Part shown: one piece after another, positions 17,943 through 28,248 of the stretch
Position numbering within the stretch: position 1 is the stretch's first letter
Layout: each line of letters begins with the position of its first letter
Source: Myxococcota bacterium
GTDB lineage: Bacteria > Myxococcota_A > UBA796 > UBA2385
Assembly (NCBI GenBank): GCA_044344255.1
Contig: JBIJDH010000001.1
Span: forward strand, 512,001 to 576,000
Direction of reading: 5' to 3'
DNA: 64,000 nt
Program-made: the position numbers and the translations under genes
The notes under the pieces: generated by a model
The model's input: the letters and a program-made list of their open reading frames with translations, nothing else
The model's database searches: none
What the model was told of the DNA's origin: nothing

Positions 17943-18958
17943 GCCGCCGATCTGGCAACGTCGAGTACGAGGCCGACCTCGAGCGCTCCTGGCCGGAGCG
18001 CCTCACCGACGCCGACCCCTACGCCGGCGACGAGGCCCTGCCCGATCCCGCGCCCTACAGCGACTTTCAGCGCTGGGCCCTCCAAGGCGGGGCCACAGAG
18101 GAGGAGCACCGCGCCTGGGACGAGCGCTTCCTCCGGGAGCACCGCGCCGTGCTCGACGGGCGGCTGCCCTGGGGGGCCACCGACGAGGCCGCCGCCTGGC
18201 TCGCTCTGGACCACCCCCGCCGCCATGACGGGCGAGGGATGTGCCGAAAGGCGCCCGACTTCCTCCCCGACAGCTATCTGGCTGACCTCTGCGAGGACTG
18301 GCTCCCCGAGGCTGGCCTCGGCTCCCCCGACCGCGTGCTCGGCCCCTGGGCCGACGAGCCCGGCCTCCCCCGCCCCATCCGCGCCCTCGCGGCCGCCGTC
18401 ATGGGCCTCTGCCCCGTGATGAGCCCGGCGGTGCGGCCGGTGATCCGCGCGATCAAGGTCGAGCCCGTGCCGCCGCTCGCCGTGCGCACGGCGGTCTACA
18501 CGATCCTCGAGTCCCCGCCGATGCTCTGGGCGGTCGAAGGCGGGCGGATCACCGCGGCCCTGCCCCTCGGCGCCGGCTTCGCGCCCCCCGAGGTCATCTT
18601 GAACCTCCCCGCGGGCTGCCCGGCGGTGGTGGGGCGGGCCGTGCCCCTGGTGTCCGCAGGCGGGCCGACCACCGGCTGGCTGTCGAGCCTGCTGCCCCTC
18701 CCGGCGCTGCCCGACCCGGGGGTCCTCACCCGTCGCCTCGACCTCGAGGCCCAGCGGCTGCGCCGCCACGATCGGCGCTTGAGCTGGGAGGACCTCCTTC
18801 GTGACCGGCCCGAGGTGCTCTATCGGACAGCCTGTGAGTGGCTCTATGTCCACGACGGGTGGCGGGACCAGCCCGGAGAGGGGCAGGGTCGCCTCCCCGC
18901 GGTCTGGCGCCGCTGGCGGCCGGCCGAGGCGATGAGCAGGCCCCTGTCCGGCCCCTGA
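17939..18958 (+). CDS. Hypothetical protein coupled to the WYL gene
   Basis: ATGA overlap with the WYL stop; 339-aa frame with host-like codon usage; no recognised motif. Confidence 0.7.
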   Translation: MSRRSGNVEYEADLERSWPERLTDADPYAGDEALPDPAPYSDFQRWALQGGATEEEHRAWDERFLREHRAVLDGRLPWGATDEAAAWLALDHPRRHDGRGMCRKAPDFLPDSYLADLCEDWLPEAGLGSPDRVLGPWADEPGLPRPIRALAAAVMGLCPVMSPAVRPVIRAIKVEPVPPLAVRTAVYTILESPPMLWAVEGGRITAALPLGAGFAPPEVILNLPAGCPAVVGRAVPLVSAGGPTTGWLSSLLPLPALPDPGVLTRRLDLEAQRLRRHDRRLSWEDLLRDRPEVLYRTACEWLYVHDGWRDQPGEGQGRLPAVWRRWRPAEAMSRPLSGP

Positions 18959-19011
18959 TCGGGGCGGTCCGGTCAGGGCGCCCGTGGAATGGCCTGGTTA
19001 TGCCAAGGCCT

Positions 19012-19503
19012 ATGCGCACCGCTCCAGACGCCCGCCTCCCCGCCCCCGATCGCTCCCCGGCCCTCACCCGCAGGCTCCTCCCCGGGCTCGGTCCGGCGTC
19101 GCTCCTGCTGCTCGGCGCCTGTGGCGGTGGCGAGCTCTCGGTCAGCCCCGGCTCGCTCGAATTCGGCGTGGTCGACTTCTCCGACCCCGAGGCCATGCCG
19201 ACGGAGGGCTATGTCTCGACCGAGCTCGTCATCGAGAACTCGGGAAAGGGGACGGTCACCGCCGAGCTCTCGGAGATCGACCTCGAGCGGCTCTGCGTGC
19301 CGGGCTTCGGCACCACCCCCGCCAAGATCGACGACCTCGAGGAGGGCCAGCGTTTCTCCATCTTCGTCGGGGTCTGCGACTATGACGAGGAGGTGGGGCG
19401 AGACGTCGAGGTCAAGGGTGAGATCGTGATCGGCGGCGAGGGCGTGGATGAGCCGGTGGTGGTCCCGTGGAGCTTCACCCCGACCGCCAGCCAGGACATC
19501 TGA
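19012..19503 (+). CDS. Putative lipoprotein with Ig-like (ASH/Cep192-type) domain
   Basis: LLLLGAC lipobox; LSVSPGSLEFG..LVIENSG pattern. Confidence 0.6.
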   Translation: MRTAPDARLPAPDRSPALTRRLLPGLGPASLLLLGACGGGELSVSPGSLEFGVVDFSDPEAMPTEGYVSTELVIENSGKGTVTAELSEIDLERLCVPGFGTTPAKIDDLEEGQRFSIFVGVCDYDEEVGRDVEVKGEIVIGGEGVDEPVVVPWSFTPTASQDI

Positions 19504-19508
19504 TCGCG

Positions 19509-21467
19509 ATGCCGAACACCGCCGCGCCACCGCTCCGCCCCGCCCCGCTCCTCGTCGCGGCGGCCCTGCTCGCCCTCCTCACCGCCTGCGGGGGCGGCGA
19601 TGGCGAGAAAGGCGGGGGCGGCGACGCCTCGGACGCGCCCCCCGCCGACTGCAACCCCATCGCCCCCGCCCTATCCTGCCTGCTCCCTTTCCCTTCGGAC
19701 GTCTGGCGCGGGAGCGAGGGCGTGGTGGTGCCCGACGCCGCGCTCCCCCTCTTCGACATCGGCGGCGACGCCGTCCCCACGCCGCTGAACCCCCTCTTCC
19801 TCCACCCGGCGTCGGGCTTCTCTCCGGTGCCCACGCTCGTGGCCGCCTTCGACGAGGTGCTCGATGACGAGCCCTTGGTCGGCTACACCGAGGACCCCGA
19901 GCTCTCCCGGCTGGCGGCCAGCCCCACCGTGCTCATCGACGCCGAGACGGGCGACCGGATCGCCCACTTCGCCGAGCTCGACGCCATGGCAGACCCCACC
20001 GCGCCGCGTGTGCTGGTCATCCATCCCCTCGTGCGCCTGCGCGACGGCGCCCGCTACGTGGTGGCCATCCACGGCCTCTCGACCCCCGACGGCGCGCCGG
20101 CGAGCCCACCCGCGTCATTCACGGCGCTCCGCGAGGGCACGAGTGGGTGGACCACCCTCCAGGCCCGCTATGACGCCGAGCTCTTCCCCGTCATCGAGGC
20201 CGCGGGGGTGCCCCGGGCCGAGCTACAGCTCGCCTGGGACTTCACCGTCCGCGAGCGGGAGGACGCCACCGGAGACATGCTCGCGGCCCGTCAGATCGCG
20301 ATCGACAACCTCACGGAGGCCGACCCCGTCGTCACCATCACCGAGGTGGTCGATGACGTGGACGCGAACATCCGCCGGAGGGTCGAGGGCACGCTGCGGG
20401 TCCCCCTCATCCTCGAGGCCGACGAGCCCCTCTCCCTGATCCACCGGGACGGCGCGGGGGCGGTGGCGGAGCACGGTTGGATCGACGTCCCCTTCACGGT
20501 GCTCATCCCCGTGTCCGACGAGGCCCCCCTTCGGGCCCTGCAATTCGGACACGGCTTCTTCGGTGACCGCAGCGAGATGGAGGGCATCGGCGCCAGCATG
20601 GGCCCCGCCACCGGCACCGCCTTCTTCGGCATCGACTGGGTGGGCATGTCCAAGGACGATCTCGTCGACGTAGCCGCCGCTCTCGCCAATGACCCCCTCC
20701 ACGGGCTCGCCTTCACCGACCGGGTCCACCAGGCGATGGTCAATCAGATCTTCTTCACTCGGGCCATCGAGACCACCCTGGCCGCCGAGCCCTCCCTCCA
20801 GGACGACGACGGCGCCCCCCTCTACGATGCCGACCACGTCTATTTTTACGGCATCAGCATGGGCCACATCCTGGGCGGAGTCTATGCCGGCCTGTCGCCA
20901 GACATTGACCGCTTCGCCCTGTCAGTGGGGGGAGCCAGCTTCTCGCTGATGATGATGCGCGCCCTGCCCTTCGAGAGCTTCGCCCGCATCATCCTCGCCG
21001 GGGTGCCCGACTCTGCCGGCCTGCTCCAGTTCACCGCCCTCTCCCAGACCACCTTTGACCGCATCGACCCCGGGGTCTACGCCCCCTACGTGCGTGACGA
21101 GCTGCTCCCGGGGGGCCCCGCCTCTCGCGAGGTGATCATCCAGATGGGCATCGGCGACTCTCAGGTGCCCAACGCTGGCAGCCACCTGCACGCCCGGACG
21201 CTGGGGCTGCCGCTGATGACCCCCACTCCGCGGGCGATCTGGGGCCTCACCGAGCAGGCCTATCCGAGCCTCGGCTCCGGACTCGTGGAGATGGACTTCG
21301 GGATGGAGGCGCCGCTCGCCGGCGACGTGGGCGACCTCGACTGGGAGTCCAATGAGGTGCACGGCGCCGTGCGGCTCTCCCCCGAGGGGCAAGCCCAGCT
21401 CGACGCCTTCTTGCAGCCGAACGGCACCATCCCCGGCACCTGCGAAGGCCCCTGCGACCCACACTGA
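19509..21467 (+). CDS. Lipoprotein alpha/beta-hydrolase (lipase-like)
   Basis: LLTAC lipobox; CLLPFPSD..SGFSP N-terminal domain; FGHGFFG, nucleophile elbow GISMG, GDSQVPN, distal His VHG. Confidence 0.75.
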   Translation: MPNTAAPPLRPAPLLVAAALLALLTACGGGDGEKGGGGDASDAPPADCNPIAPALSCLLPFPSDVWRGSEGVVVPDAALPLFDIGGDAVPTPLNPLFLHPASGFSPVPTLVAAFDEVLDDEPLVGYTEDPELSRLAASPTVLIDAETGDRIAHFAELDAMADPTAPRVLVIHPLVRLRDGARYVVAIHGLSTPDGAPASPPASFTALREGTSGWTTLQARYDAELFPVIEAAGVPRAELQLAWDFTVREREDATGDMLAARQIAIDNLTEADPVVTITEVVDDVDANIRRRVEGTLRVPLILEADEPLSLIHRDGAGAVAEHGWIDVPFTVLIPVSDEAPLRALQFGHGFFGDRSEMEGIGASMGPATGTAFFGIDWVGMSKDDLVDVAAALANDPLHGLAFTDRVHQAMVNQIFFTRAIETTLAAEPSLQDDDGAPLYDADHVYFYGISMGHILGGVYAGLSPDIDRFALSVGGASFSLMMMRALPFESFARIILAGVPDSAGLLQFTALSQTTFDRIDPGVYAPYVRDELLPGGPASREVIIQMGIGDSQVPNAGSHLHARTLGLPLMTPTPRAIWGLTEQAYPSLGSGLVEMDFGMEAPLAGDVGDLDWESNEVHGAVRLSPEGQAQLDAFLQPNGTIPGTCEGPCDPH

Positions 21468-21629
21468 CGGGCCCCGTTGTGAGCCCCGTTGTGGAGAATT
21501 GGTGGGAAGTTACGAGGCGCCCTCCCTTCGCAGGTGGATGCGTGCCAGACTGGCGGCGAGTCGGACGCGGCCCGGCAGCCGCGACTCCGCCTCCCGCGCG
21601 CGCCGCTCACCCGGCCGAAGGGAACCATC

Positions 21630-24600
21630 ATGCAGTCCATCGCTGGCTATGTCCTCGGAGAGCGTGTCACGGGCGGCGGCTCGTCGGCGCTGTTCCGGGC
21701 CGTCGAAGAGTCCACCTCGGATCGGGTCCTGGTCCGGCTTCTGAAGGCCCCCTACCAGAGCGGGCGCCATCTCGCCCAATTCCGGCGCGACTTCGAGCTC
21801 TCTCGACAGGTCAACACCCCTGGGATCCTGCAGCCGCGCGCCCTCGTCGCCGCGCCGACCGGGCCCGTGCTGGTCTTCGACGATCCCTCCGCTCGGCCGC
21901 TCGGCGCCCTCCTCCGCCCCGTCCCCCACTTCCCGGCCCTCCTCGAGCTCACCATCGCCATCTGCAAGGTGGTCGCCGAGGTTCACGCCGCGGGGGTGGT
22001 CCACAAGCAGCTCGACCCCGACACGATCTTCGTCCAGTCCAACCCAATGGGCCCGCCGCGGATCTGGATCACGGGCTTCGGCGTCGCGAGCCGCCTCCAG
22101 CACCACACCCAGGCGGCGGGCGACCCCGGCCAGCTCGACGGGTGGCTGCCGTACATCTCCCCCGAGCAGACCGGGCGGATGAACCGCTCCATCGACCACC
22201 GGAGCGACCTCTACTCCCTCGGCGTCATCTTCTACGAGCTGCTCACCGGCTCCCTCCCCTTCCAGGCCGACGAGCCGATCGGCTGGGTGCACGCCCACAT
22301 CGCGCGGCGGCCCACCCCGCCCGAGGAGCGACGAGGGGACACTCCGCACGCCCTCGCGCAGCTCGTCCTGAAGCTCCTCGCCAAGAACGCCGATGATCGC
22401 TACCAGTCTACCCGAGGCCTCCTGCGTGACCTCGAGCGGCTGCAGCGTGACCTCCAGCAGACCGGCGGCTTCGGCGCCTTCACCCCCGGCGAGCAGGACG
22501 TCAGCGACCGCTTCATCCTGCCCGAGCAGCTCTTCGGCCGGGAGGCCGAGGTGGCCGAACTGCTCACAGCCTTCGACGGCGTGGCCGCGGGCGGGAAGGC
22601 GGCCATGCTGGTCACCGGCCCCTCGGGCATCGGCAAGACGGCGCTCATCCAGGAGGTGCAGCGCCCGTTGGTCGAGAAGCGCGGCCTCTTCATCTCCGGC
22701 AAGTCCGACCAGTTCCGCCGCGATCTGCCCTACGCCCCGCTGATCGGCGCCATGCGCGAGCTCGTGCGGCAGGTGCTCACGGCGCCTGCGGTCGAGATTG
22801 GGCGCTGGCGTCGCCGGGTGCAGGAGGCGCTGAAGGACAACGCCCGCGTCGTGGTCGACGTCATCCCCGAGGTCGAGTTCCTCGTCGGCGAGACCCAGCC
22901 GGTCGCCGAGCTCCCCGCCGCGGAGTCTCGCACCCGCCTTCAGCGGGCCTTCATCGCCTTCGTGCAGGTCTTCGCTCGGCCAGACCACCCGGTCGTGCTC
23001 TTCCTCGACGACCTGCAGTGGATCGACCCCTCCTCCCTCGACCTCCTGAGCGAGGTGCTGGCGTCGCCGGCCACCGGCGGGCTGTTGCTCCTCGGCGGCA
23101 TCCGCCCCGAGGGCCTCTTGGCCAACGAGCCCCTGCCCGCCGCGATCGACCGCTGGAGGTCGGCGGAGCTGCCGGTGCAGACGATCACGCTCGGCCCCCT
23201 GAGCGCCGCGAGTGTCCTCCACATCGTGCAGGCCACCCTCGATGACGCCGGCCCCAACGTCGAGCCGCTCTCGCGCGTGATCCTGGAGAAGACGGGCGGC
23301 AACCCCTTCTTCGTCGGGCGCTTCCTTCAGGCCCTGCACGCGGACGGGCTCATCCGCTTCGACGAGCAGGTGGGCCGCTGGACCTGGGAGCTCGATCGGA
23401 TCGCCGCCCTCGTCGTCGGGGAGCACGTCGTCGAGCTGATGCACGAGCGCATCGGCCGCCTCTCCGGCCCCACCCGCGCCGCCCTCGAGCTCGGCGCCTG
23501 CATCGGCGCCCGCTTCCCGCTTCCCCTGCTCGCCGAGGTCATGGGGCGGCCCCCCGCCGAGGTGGCGGCGGCCCTCTGGTCGGCGGTGGAGGCCGACCTC
23601 ATCCACCCCGACACCGCCGTGCTCTCCGCCGAGGGCTCCACCGTGGGCTCCACCGTGGGCTCCACCGTGGGCTCCACCGTGGGCTCCACCGTGGGCGGTG
23701 AGGACCTCCCCGTCAGCTTTCGGTTCGCCCACGACCGCATTCAGGAGGCCGCCTACAACCGTGTCCCGCCGACCGAGCGCAGCGCGCTCCATCTGCGCAT
23801 CGGCCGCATCCTCCTCCAGTCCGAGGGGACAGCCGACGAGCAGCTCTTCAGCGTGGTCGACCACCTCAACCAGGCCATCCCCCTCCTCGCGGCCGGGAGC
23901 CCCGACCGCCACCGCCTCGCCGCCCTGAACGCGCGGGCGGGGCAGCGGGCGCGGGCCTCGGGGGCCTACACCCCAGCCCGGGCCTGGTTTGAGACCGGTC
24001 TTGAGCTCCTGGGCGAGGGCGAGGGCGAGCTCGACACTCGCGTCTTGCTCCTGGCCGGCGCCGCCGAGACGGCCGTGCTCACCGCCGACGTCGCCCGCGG
24101 CCTGACCCTCACCGACCAGCTCCTCCAGGTCGCCCGCACGCCGATCGAGCGCGCCCGCGCCCACGAGATCCGCGTCTCCATCCACAACAACCAGATGCGG
24201 ATGAGCGACGCGGTGCAAGAGGTGCTCGTCGTGCTCGACCTCCTCGGCTACCCGGTCGCGCCGCCGGCCGGCCCGGAGGACTTCCCCTTGGGCCTCGCCC
24301 AGGTCCACGCGGGGATGGCCGGCCGCTCCTTCGACGCCCTGGGCGAGCTGCCCGAGCTTGAGGACGGCGCCGCGCTCTCGGCCCTCAACGTCATCGCCCA
24401 CGCCCTGCCGAGCGCCGGCATGGGCGCGCCGCATCTCTTTGCCCCGCTCTTGTTCCGGGGCATCGGGATCTGCCTCACCCAAGGGGTGAGCCCCGCCGCC
24501 CCGACCATCTTCAGCAGCTACGGCACGCTGCTCTCCGCCATCGGAGATCCGGACACCGGCTACGAATTCGCCCGCCTCGCCATGCACCTCTGGCACCGCT

Positions 24601-27600
24601 TCTCCCGCGCCGCGGTGGGCTCGGAGGTCTTCCTCGAGATGGCGACCTTCGTGCAGCACTGGAAGGTGCCCGTGCGCGACAGCGTCACCCTGCTCGCCCG
24701 TGGAGTGGAGGAGAGCCTCCGGGTGGGCAACCTGTCCACCTTTGGCTTCTGCGCGAACCAGCGCTTCGACCACGCCTTCTACGCGGGCGAAAAGCTCCCC
24801 GCCCTCGACGCCACCTACGGGCAGATCCGCCAGTCGCTCATCGACAACAAGCAGGCCCTCGCCCTCATCGGCATGGACCCCTTCGGGCAGGTCGTCTCCT
24901 GCCTCCGCGGCGAGGCGGGAGACCCGCGTCTCCTCGACGGCGGGCGCTTCCAGCTCGACGTCATGCTGCCCGTGCTCATCCAGAACGGCTTCTGGCCAGG
25001 GGTGCTCTTCGCCTCCACCGCCGGCATCATGCTCGCCACGCTCTTCGGGGACGACGACCGGGCCGTCACCATCGCCGACAAAGAAGCGCCGTGGATCCTG
25101 GCGCCGCCCTGCAGCGCGATGTTCCCGCTCGTGCTCCGGCTCTGGTACCGCGCCCTCTCTCAGGTGCGCCGGCTGGCCCACCTGTCGGGAGAGGAGCGCA
25201 CAGCCGCCGAGGCGGAGATCGCCGACACGCGCGGCCGCCTCACGGTCTGGGCAGACCGCGCCCCGATGAACCACGCCCACCGCCGCGCCCTCCTCGAGGC
25301 CGAGATCGCTCGGGCAGCGGGGGACGGGGGCCGGGCGATGGTGCAGTTCGACGAGGCCGTCCGCCTCGCCGGGCAGCACGGCTTCATCCAAGACGAAGCG
25401 TTCGCCGCCGAGCGGGCCGCCGAATTCCATCGCGCCGAAGGGCGGGTCTTGCCGGCCCAGGCCTACGCCGCCGCCGCGCTCCGCCTCTGGCGGGCCTGGG
25501 GCGCCACCGCCAAGGCCGAGGACGTCCACCAGCGCTTCAGCGATCTCCTCTCTACCGAGCCGGTCCACGAGGGCGGCCCCTCCGGCAGCCGGGCGCTCGA
25601 CATCGACACCGTGGTCAAGGCCAGCAGCGCGATCAGCGCCGAGATCGTGCTGGAGCGCCTCCTCGGCCGGGTCATGCAGATCCTGGTCGAGAACGCCGGC
25701 GCCGAGTGGGGCTGCCTCATCCTCACCCGCGGCGACCGCCTGTTCATCCAGGCCCGCAGCAGCGCCGAGGGGGGCAAGGGCTCCGTCCGCATCACCGACA
25801 TCCCCCTCGAAGACCAGACCGAGGTGCCGAGCTCGATCGTCCGCTACGCTTCCCGCACCCAGCAGAGCGTCCTCCTCGGGGACGCCTCGCTCGAGGGTCT
25901 GTTCACGAATGATCCCGCGGTCATCGCCCGACGCGTCCGCTCGGTCGTGGCGCTCCCCCTCGTCCGCCAGGGCAAGCTCATCGCGGTCCTCTACCTGGAG
26001 AACAACCTGACAGCGGAGGCCTTCCCGCCGAGCCGCCTCGAGCTGCTGCGGATGCTGTCGAGCCAGGCCGCCACCAGCATCGAGAACGCGGTGCTCTACA
26101 CGGAGCTCGCCGCCTACTCTTCCGAGCTCGAGGCCAAGAACGAGCGGCTCACCGAGCTCGACCGCATGCGGGACGAGTTCATGGCCAACACGTCCCACGA
26201 GCTCCGAACGCCGCTGCACGGCATCATCGGCATCGCGCAGTCGCTCGCCGACGGCGTGGCCGGGGTGGCGTCGGGGCCCATGCTCACCAACCTCGAGATG
26301 ATCGTCTCAAGCGGGAAGCGGCTCTCCAACCTCGTCAACGACATCCTCGACTTCTCTACCCTCCAGCACCGGCGGATCGAGCTGCGGCCCGCCCCTGTGC
26401 GCGTGCAAGACCTCGTGCGCATCGTGGCCGCCTTGTCCTTGCCGCTCATCGGTGGGAAGCCCGTGCGGCTCGAGGTGGAGCTCTCCGAGGCCCTGCCGCC
26501 GGTGTGGGCCGACGCGGACCGCATCCAGCAGGTCCTCCACAACCTGATCGGCAACGCCATCAAGTTCACCGATCGGGGATCGGTGGTGGTGTCCGCCCGG
26601 ATGGAGCTGAGCGGGGCGGGCAGTGAGCGGCTGAGGCTGTCGGTGCAGGACTCCGGAATCGGCATCAGCCCCGAGGTGCAGTCCCGCATCTTCGAGAGCT
26701 TTGAACAGGCTGACTCCTCGACTTCGCGGGTCTTCGGCGGCACCGGCCTCGGCCTCGCCGTCGCCAAGCAGCTCGTCCTGCTCCACGGCGGCGAGATCGG
26801 CGTCGAGTCGAGCCCCGGGGCGGGCTCCACCTTCTCTTTCACCCTGCCCGTGGCCGAGGGCGCGCAGCTCCTCGTCGAGCGGCGCCCAGCGCCCACACTC
26901 ACACCCACACCCACACTCACCGCAGCCCTCGCCGACGAGGCCGCCCCCACCGACCTCGTGCCGGTGACCGTCGAGCCCACCGGCACCCTTGTGCTCGTCG
27001 TCGACGACGAGCCGGTCAACCTCCAGGTGCTCATCAACCAGCTCGGCCGTCAGGGCTACCGGGTGGTGACGGCGCTCTCCGGCCCGGAGGCCCTCCGCCT
27101 CCTCAACCAGGGCCTCCGCCCCGACATGGTGCTGCTCGACGTGATGATGCCCACGATGTCCGGCTACGAGGTCTGCCGAGCCATCCGGACCCGGCACCCC
27201 GCCAATGAGCTGCCCGTCATCATGCTCACCGCCCGCAACCAGCCGAGCGACGTGGTGGCCGGGCTCGAGGCAGGCGCCAACGACTATGTGGCCAAGCCCT
27301 TCGGCAGCGTCGAGCTCCTGGCCCGGATGCGCACCCACATGCAGGTGGCCCGCGTCAACCAGGCGATCGGCCGCTTCGTGCCCCACGACTTCCTCCGCTT
27401 GCTCGGTCGGGAGTCGATCCTCGAGGTGCGGCTCGGCGACAACGTCGAGCGAGTGATGTCGGTGATGTTCAGCGACATCCGCGCCTTCGGCTCGCTCAGC
27501 GAGGGCATGACCCCCTCGGAGAACTTCGCCTTCATCAACGACTACCTCGGCGCCATGGAGCCCGAGGTGAGCGCCCAGCACGGCTTCATCGACAAGTACA

Positions 27601-28169
27601 TCGGCGACGGCATCATGGCCCTCTTCGACCGCAGCCCCGATGACGCCCTCCAGGCCGGCCTCGGCATGCTGCGGGCGCTCGCCGCCTTCAACACACGCCG
27701 ACAGGCGCAAGGTCGCGCCCCCATCGGCATCGGCGTGGGCATCAACACCGGGCGCCTGATGCTCGGGGCGGTGGGCGGTGTCACGCGGATGGAGAGCACC
27801 GTCGTCAGTGACGCGGTCAACATCGCGGCCCGCGTCGAGACGCTGACGAAGGCCTATGGCGCGCCGCTGTTGATCACGGAGGACACGCTCCACGGACTCT
27901 CCGAGCCCCTGCGCTGGGGCACTCGGCTCCTCGACCGGGTGCTCGTGAAGAGCAAGCGGGAGCCGGTGACGGTCCACGAGGTCTTCGAAGGGGACAGCCC
28001 CTCGGTCCGGGCCGGCAAGGGCGAAACCCGGCCCCTCTTCGAGGCCGGCGTGCGGGCCTTCCACCGTGGGGAGCTCGACCTCGCCCGCGAGATGTTCGAG
28101 CAGTGTGTGGCGCGGGTGCCCGACGACCTCCCCGCGCGGCTGTACCTCGGGCGCTGCAACCCGGACTGA
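21630..28169 (+). CDS. Hybrid signalling protein: Ser/Thr pseudokinase - AAA ATPase - helical region - GAF - HisKA/HATPase - REC - class III adenylate cyclase
   Basis: YISPEQTGRMNR..DLYSLG; GPSGIGKT, LFLDDLQW, KTGGNPFF; GAF LYLENN; ANTSHELRTPL, NLIGNAIKFT, GTGLGL; VVDDE..LLDVMMP..DYVAKPF; FSDIRAF, IDKYIGDGIMA, DAVNIAARVE. Confidence 0.9.
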   Translation: MQSIAGYVLGERVTGGGSSALFRAVEESTSDRVLVRLLKAPYQSGRHLAQFRRDFELSRQVNTPGILQPRALVAAPTGPVLVFDDPSARPLGALLRPVPHFPALLELTIAICKVVAEVHAAGVVHKQLDPDTIFVQSNPMGPPRIWITGFGVASRLQHHTQAAGDPGQLDGWLPYISPEQTGRMNRSIDHRSDLYSLGVIFYELLTGSLPFQADEPIGWVHAHIARRPTPPEERRGDTPHALAQLVLKLLAKNADDRYQSTRGLLRDLERLQRDLQQTGGFGAFTPGEQDVSDRFILPEQLFGREAEVAELLTAFDGVAAGGKAAMLVTGPSGIGKTALIQEVQRPLVEKRGLFISGKSDQFRRDLPYAPLIGAMRELVRQVLTAPAVEIGRWRRRVQEALKDNARVVVDVIPEVEFLVGETQPVAELPAAESRTRLQRAFIAFVQVFARPDHPVVLFLDDLQWIDPSSLDLLSEVLASPATGGLLLLGGIRPEGLLANEPLPAAIDRWRSAELPVQTITLGPLSAASVLHIVQATLDDAGPNVEPLSRVILEKTGGNPFFVGRFLQALHADGLIRFDEQVGRWTWELDRIAALVVGEHVVELMHERIGRLSGPTRAALELGACIGARFPLPLLAEVMGRPPAEVAAALWSAVEADLIHPDTAVLSAEGSTVGSTVGSTVGSTVGSTVGGEDLPVSFRFAHDRIQEAAYNRVPPTERSALHLRIGRILLQSEGTADEQLFSVVDHLNQAIPLLAAGSPDRHRLAALNARAGQRARASGAYTPARAWFETGLELLGEGEGELDTRVLLLAGAAETAVLTADVARGLTLTDQLLQVARTPIERARAHEIRVSIHNNQMRMSDAVQEVLVVLDLLGYPVAPPAGPEDFPLGLAQVHAGMAGRSFDALGELPELEDGAALSALNVIAHALPSAGMGAPHLFAPLLFRGIGICLTQGVSPAAPTIFSSYGTLLSAIGDPDTGYEFARLAMHLWHRFSRAAVGSEVFLEMATFVQHWKVPVRDSVTLLARGVEESLRVGNLSTFGFCANQRFDHAFYAGEKLPALDATYGQIRQSLIDNKQALALIGMDPFGQVVSCLRGEAGDPRLLDGGRFQLDVMLPVLIQNGFWPGVLFASTAGIMLATLFGDDDRAVTIADKEAPWILAPPCSAMFPLVLRLWYRALSQVRRLAHLSGEERTAAEAEIADTRGRLTVWADRAPMNHAHRRALLEAEIARAAGDGGRAMVQFDEAVRLAGQHGFIQDEAFAAERAAEFHRAEGRVLPAQAYAAAALRLWRAWGATAKAEDVHQRFSDLLSTEPVHEGGPSGSRALDIDTVVKASSAISAEIVLERLLGRVMQILVENAGAEWGCLILTRGDRLFIQARSSAEGGKGSVRITDIPLEDQTEVPSSIVRYASRTQQSVLLGDASLEGLFTNDPAVIARRVRSVVALPLVRQGKLIAVLYLENNLTAEAFPPSRLELLRMLSSQAATSIENAVLYTELAAYSSELEAKNERLTELDRMRDEFMANTSHELRTPLHGIIGIAQSLADGVAGVASGPMLTNLEMIVSSGKRLSNLVNDILDFSTLQHRRIELRPAPVRVQDLVRIVAALSLPLIGGKPVRLEVELSEALPPVWADADRIQQVLHNLIGNAIKFTDRGSVVVSARMELSGAGSERLRLSVQDSGIGISPEVQSRIFESFEQADSSTSRVFGGTGLGLAVAKQLVLLHGGEIGVESSPGAGSTFSFTLPVAEGAQLLVERRPAPTLTPTPTLTAALADEAAPTDLVPVTVEPTGTLVLVVDDEPVNLQVLINQLGRQGYRVVTALSGPEALRLLNQGLRPDMVLLDVMMPTMSGYEVCRAIRTRHPANELPVIMLTARNQPSDVVAGLEAGANDYVAKPFGSVELLARMRTHMQVARVNQAIGRFVPHDFLRLLGRESILEVRLGDNVERVMSVMFSDIRAFGSLSEGMTPSENFAFINDYLGAMEPEVSAQHGFIDKYIGDGIMALFDRSPDDALQAGLGMLRALAAFNTRRQAQGRAPIGIGVGINTGRLMLGAVGGVTRMESTVVSDAVNIAARVETLTKAYGAPLLITEDTLHGLSEPLRWGTRLLDRVLVKSKREPVTVHEVFEGDSPSVRAGKGETRPLFEAGVRAFHRGELDLAREMFEQCVARVPDDLPARLYLGRCNPD
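23634..23696 (+). repeat. Perfect 12-bp tandem repeat x5 (GGCTCCACCGTG) encoding (GSTV)5
   Basis: Five identical units at 23634-23693, followed by GGC. Confidence 0.95.
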
Positions 28170-28248
28170 GATCGATCCCGCCGGTCGCGCCGGGGTCGCG
28201 CCGAGGTCGCGCCCCCGAGCGCGGCCGGCCCCTCGTCACCCAAAGCCC

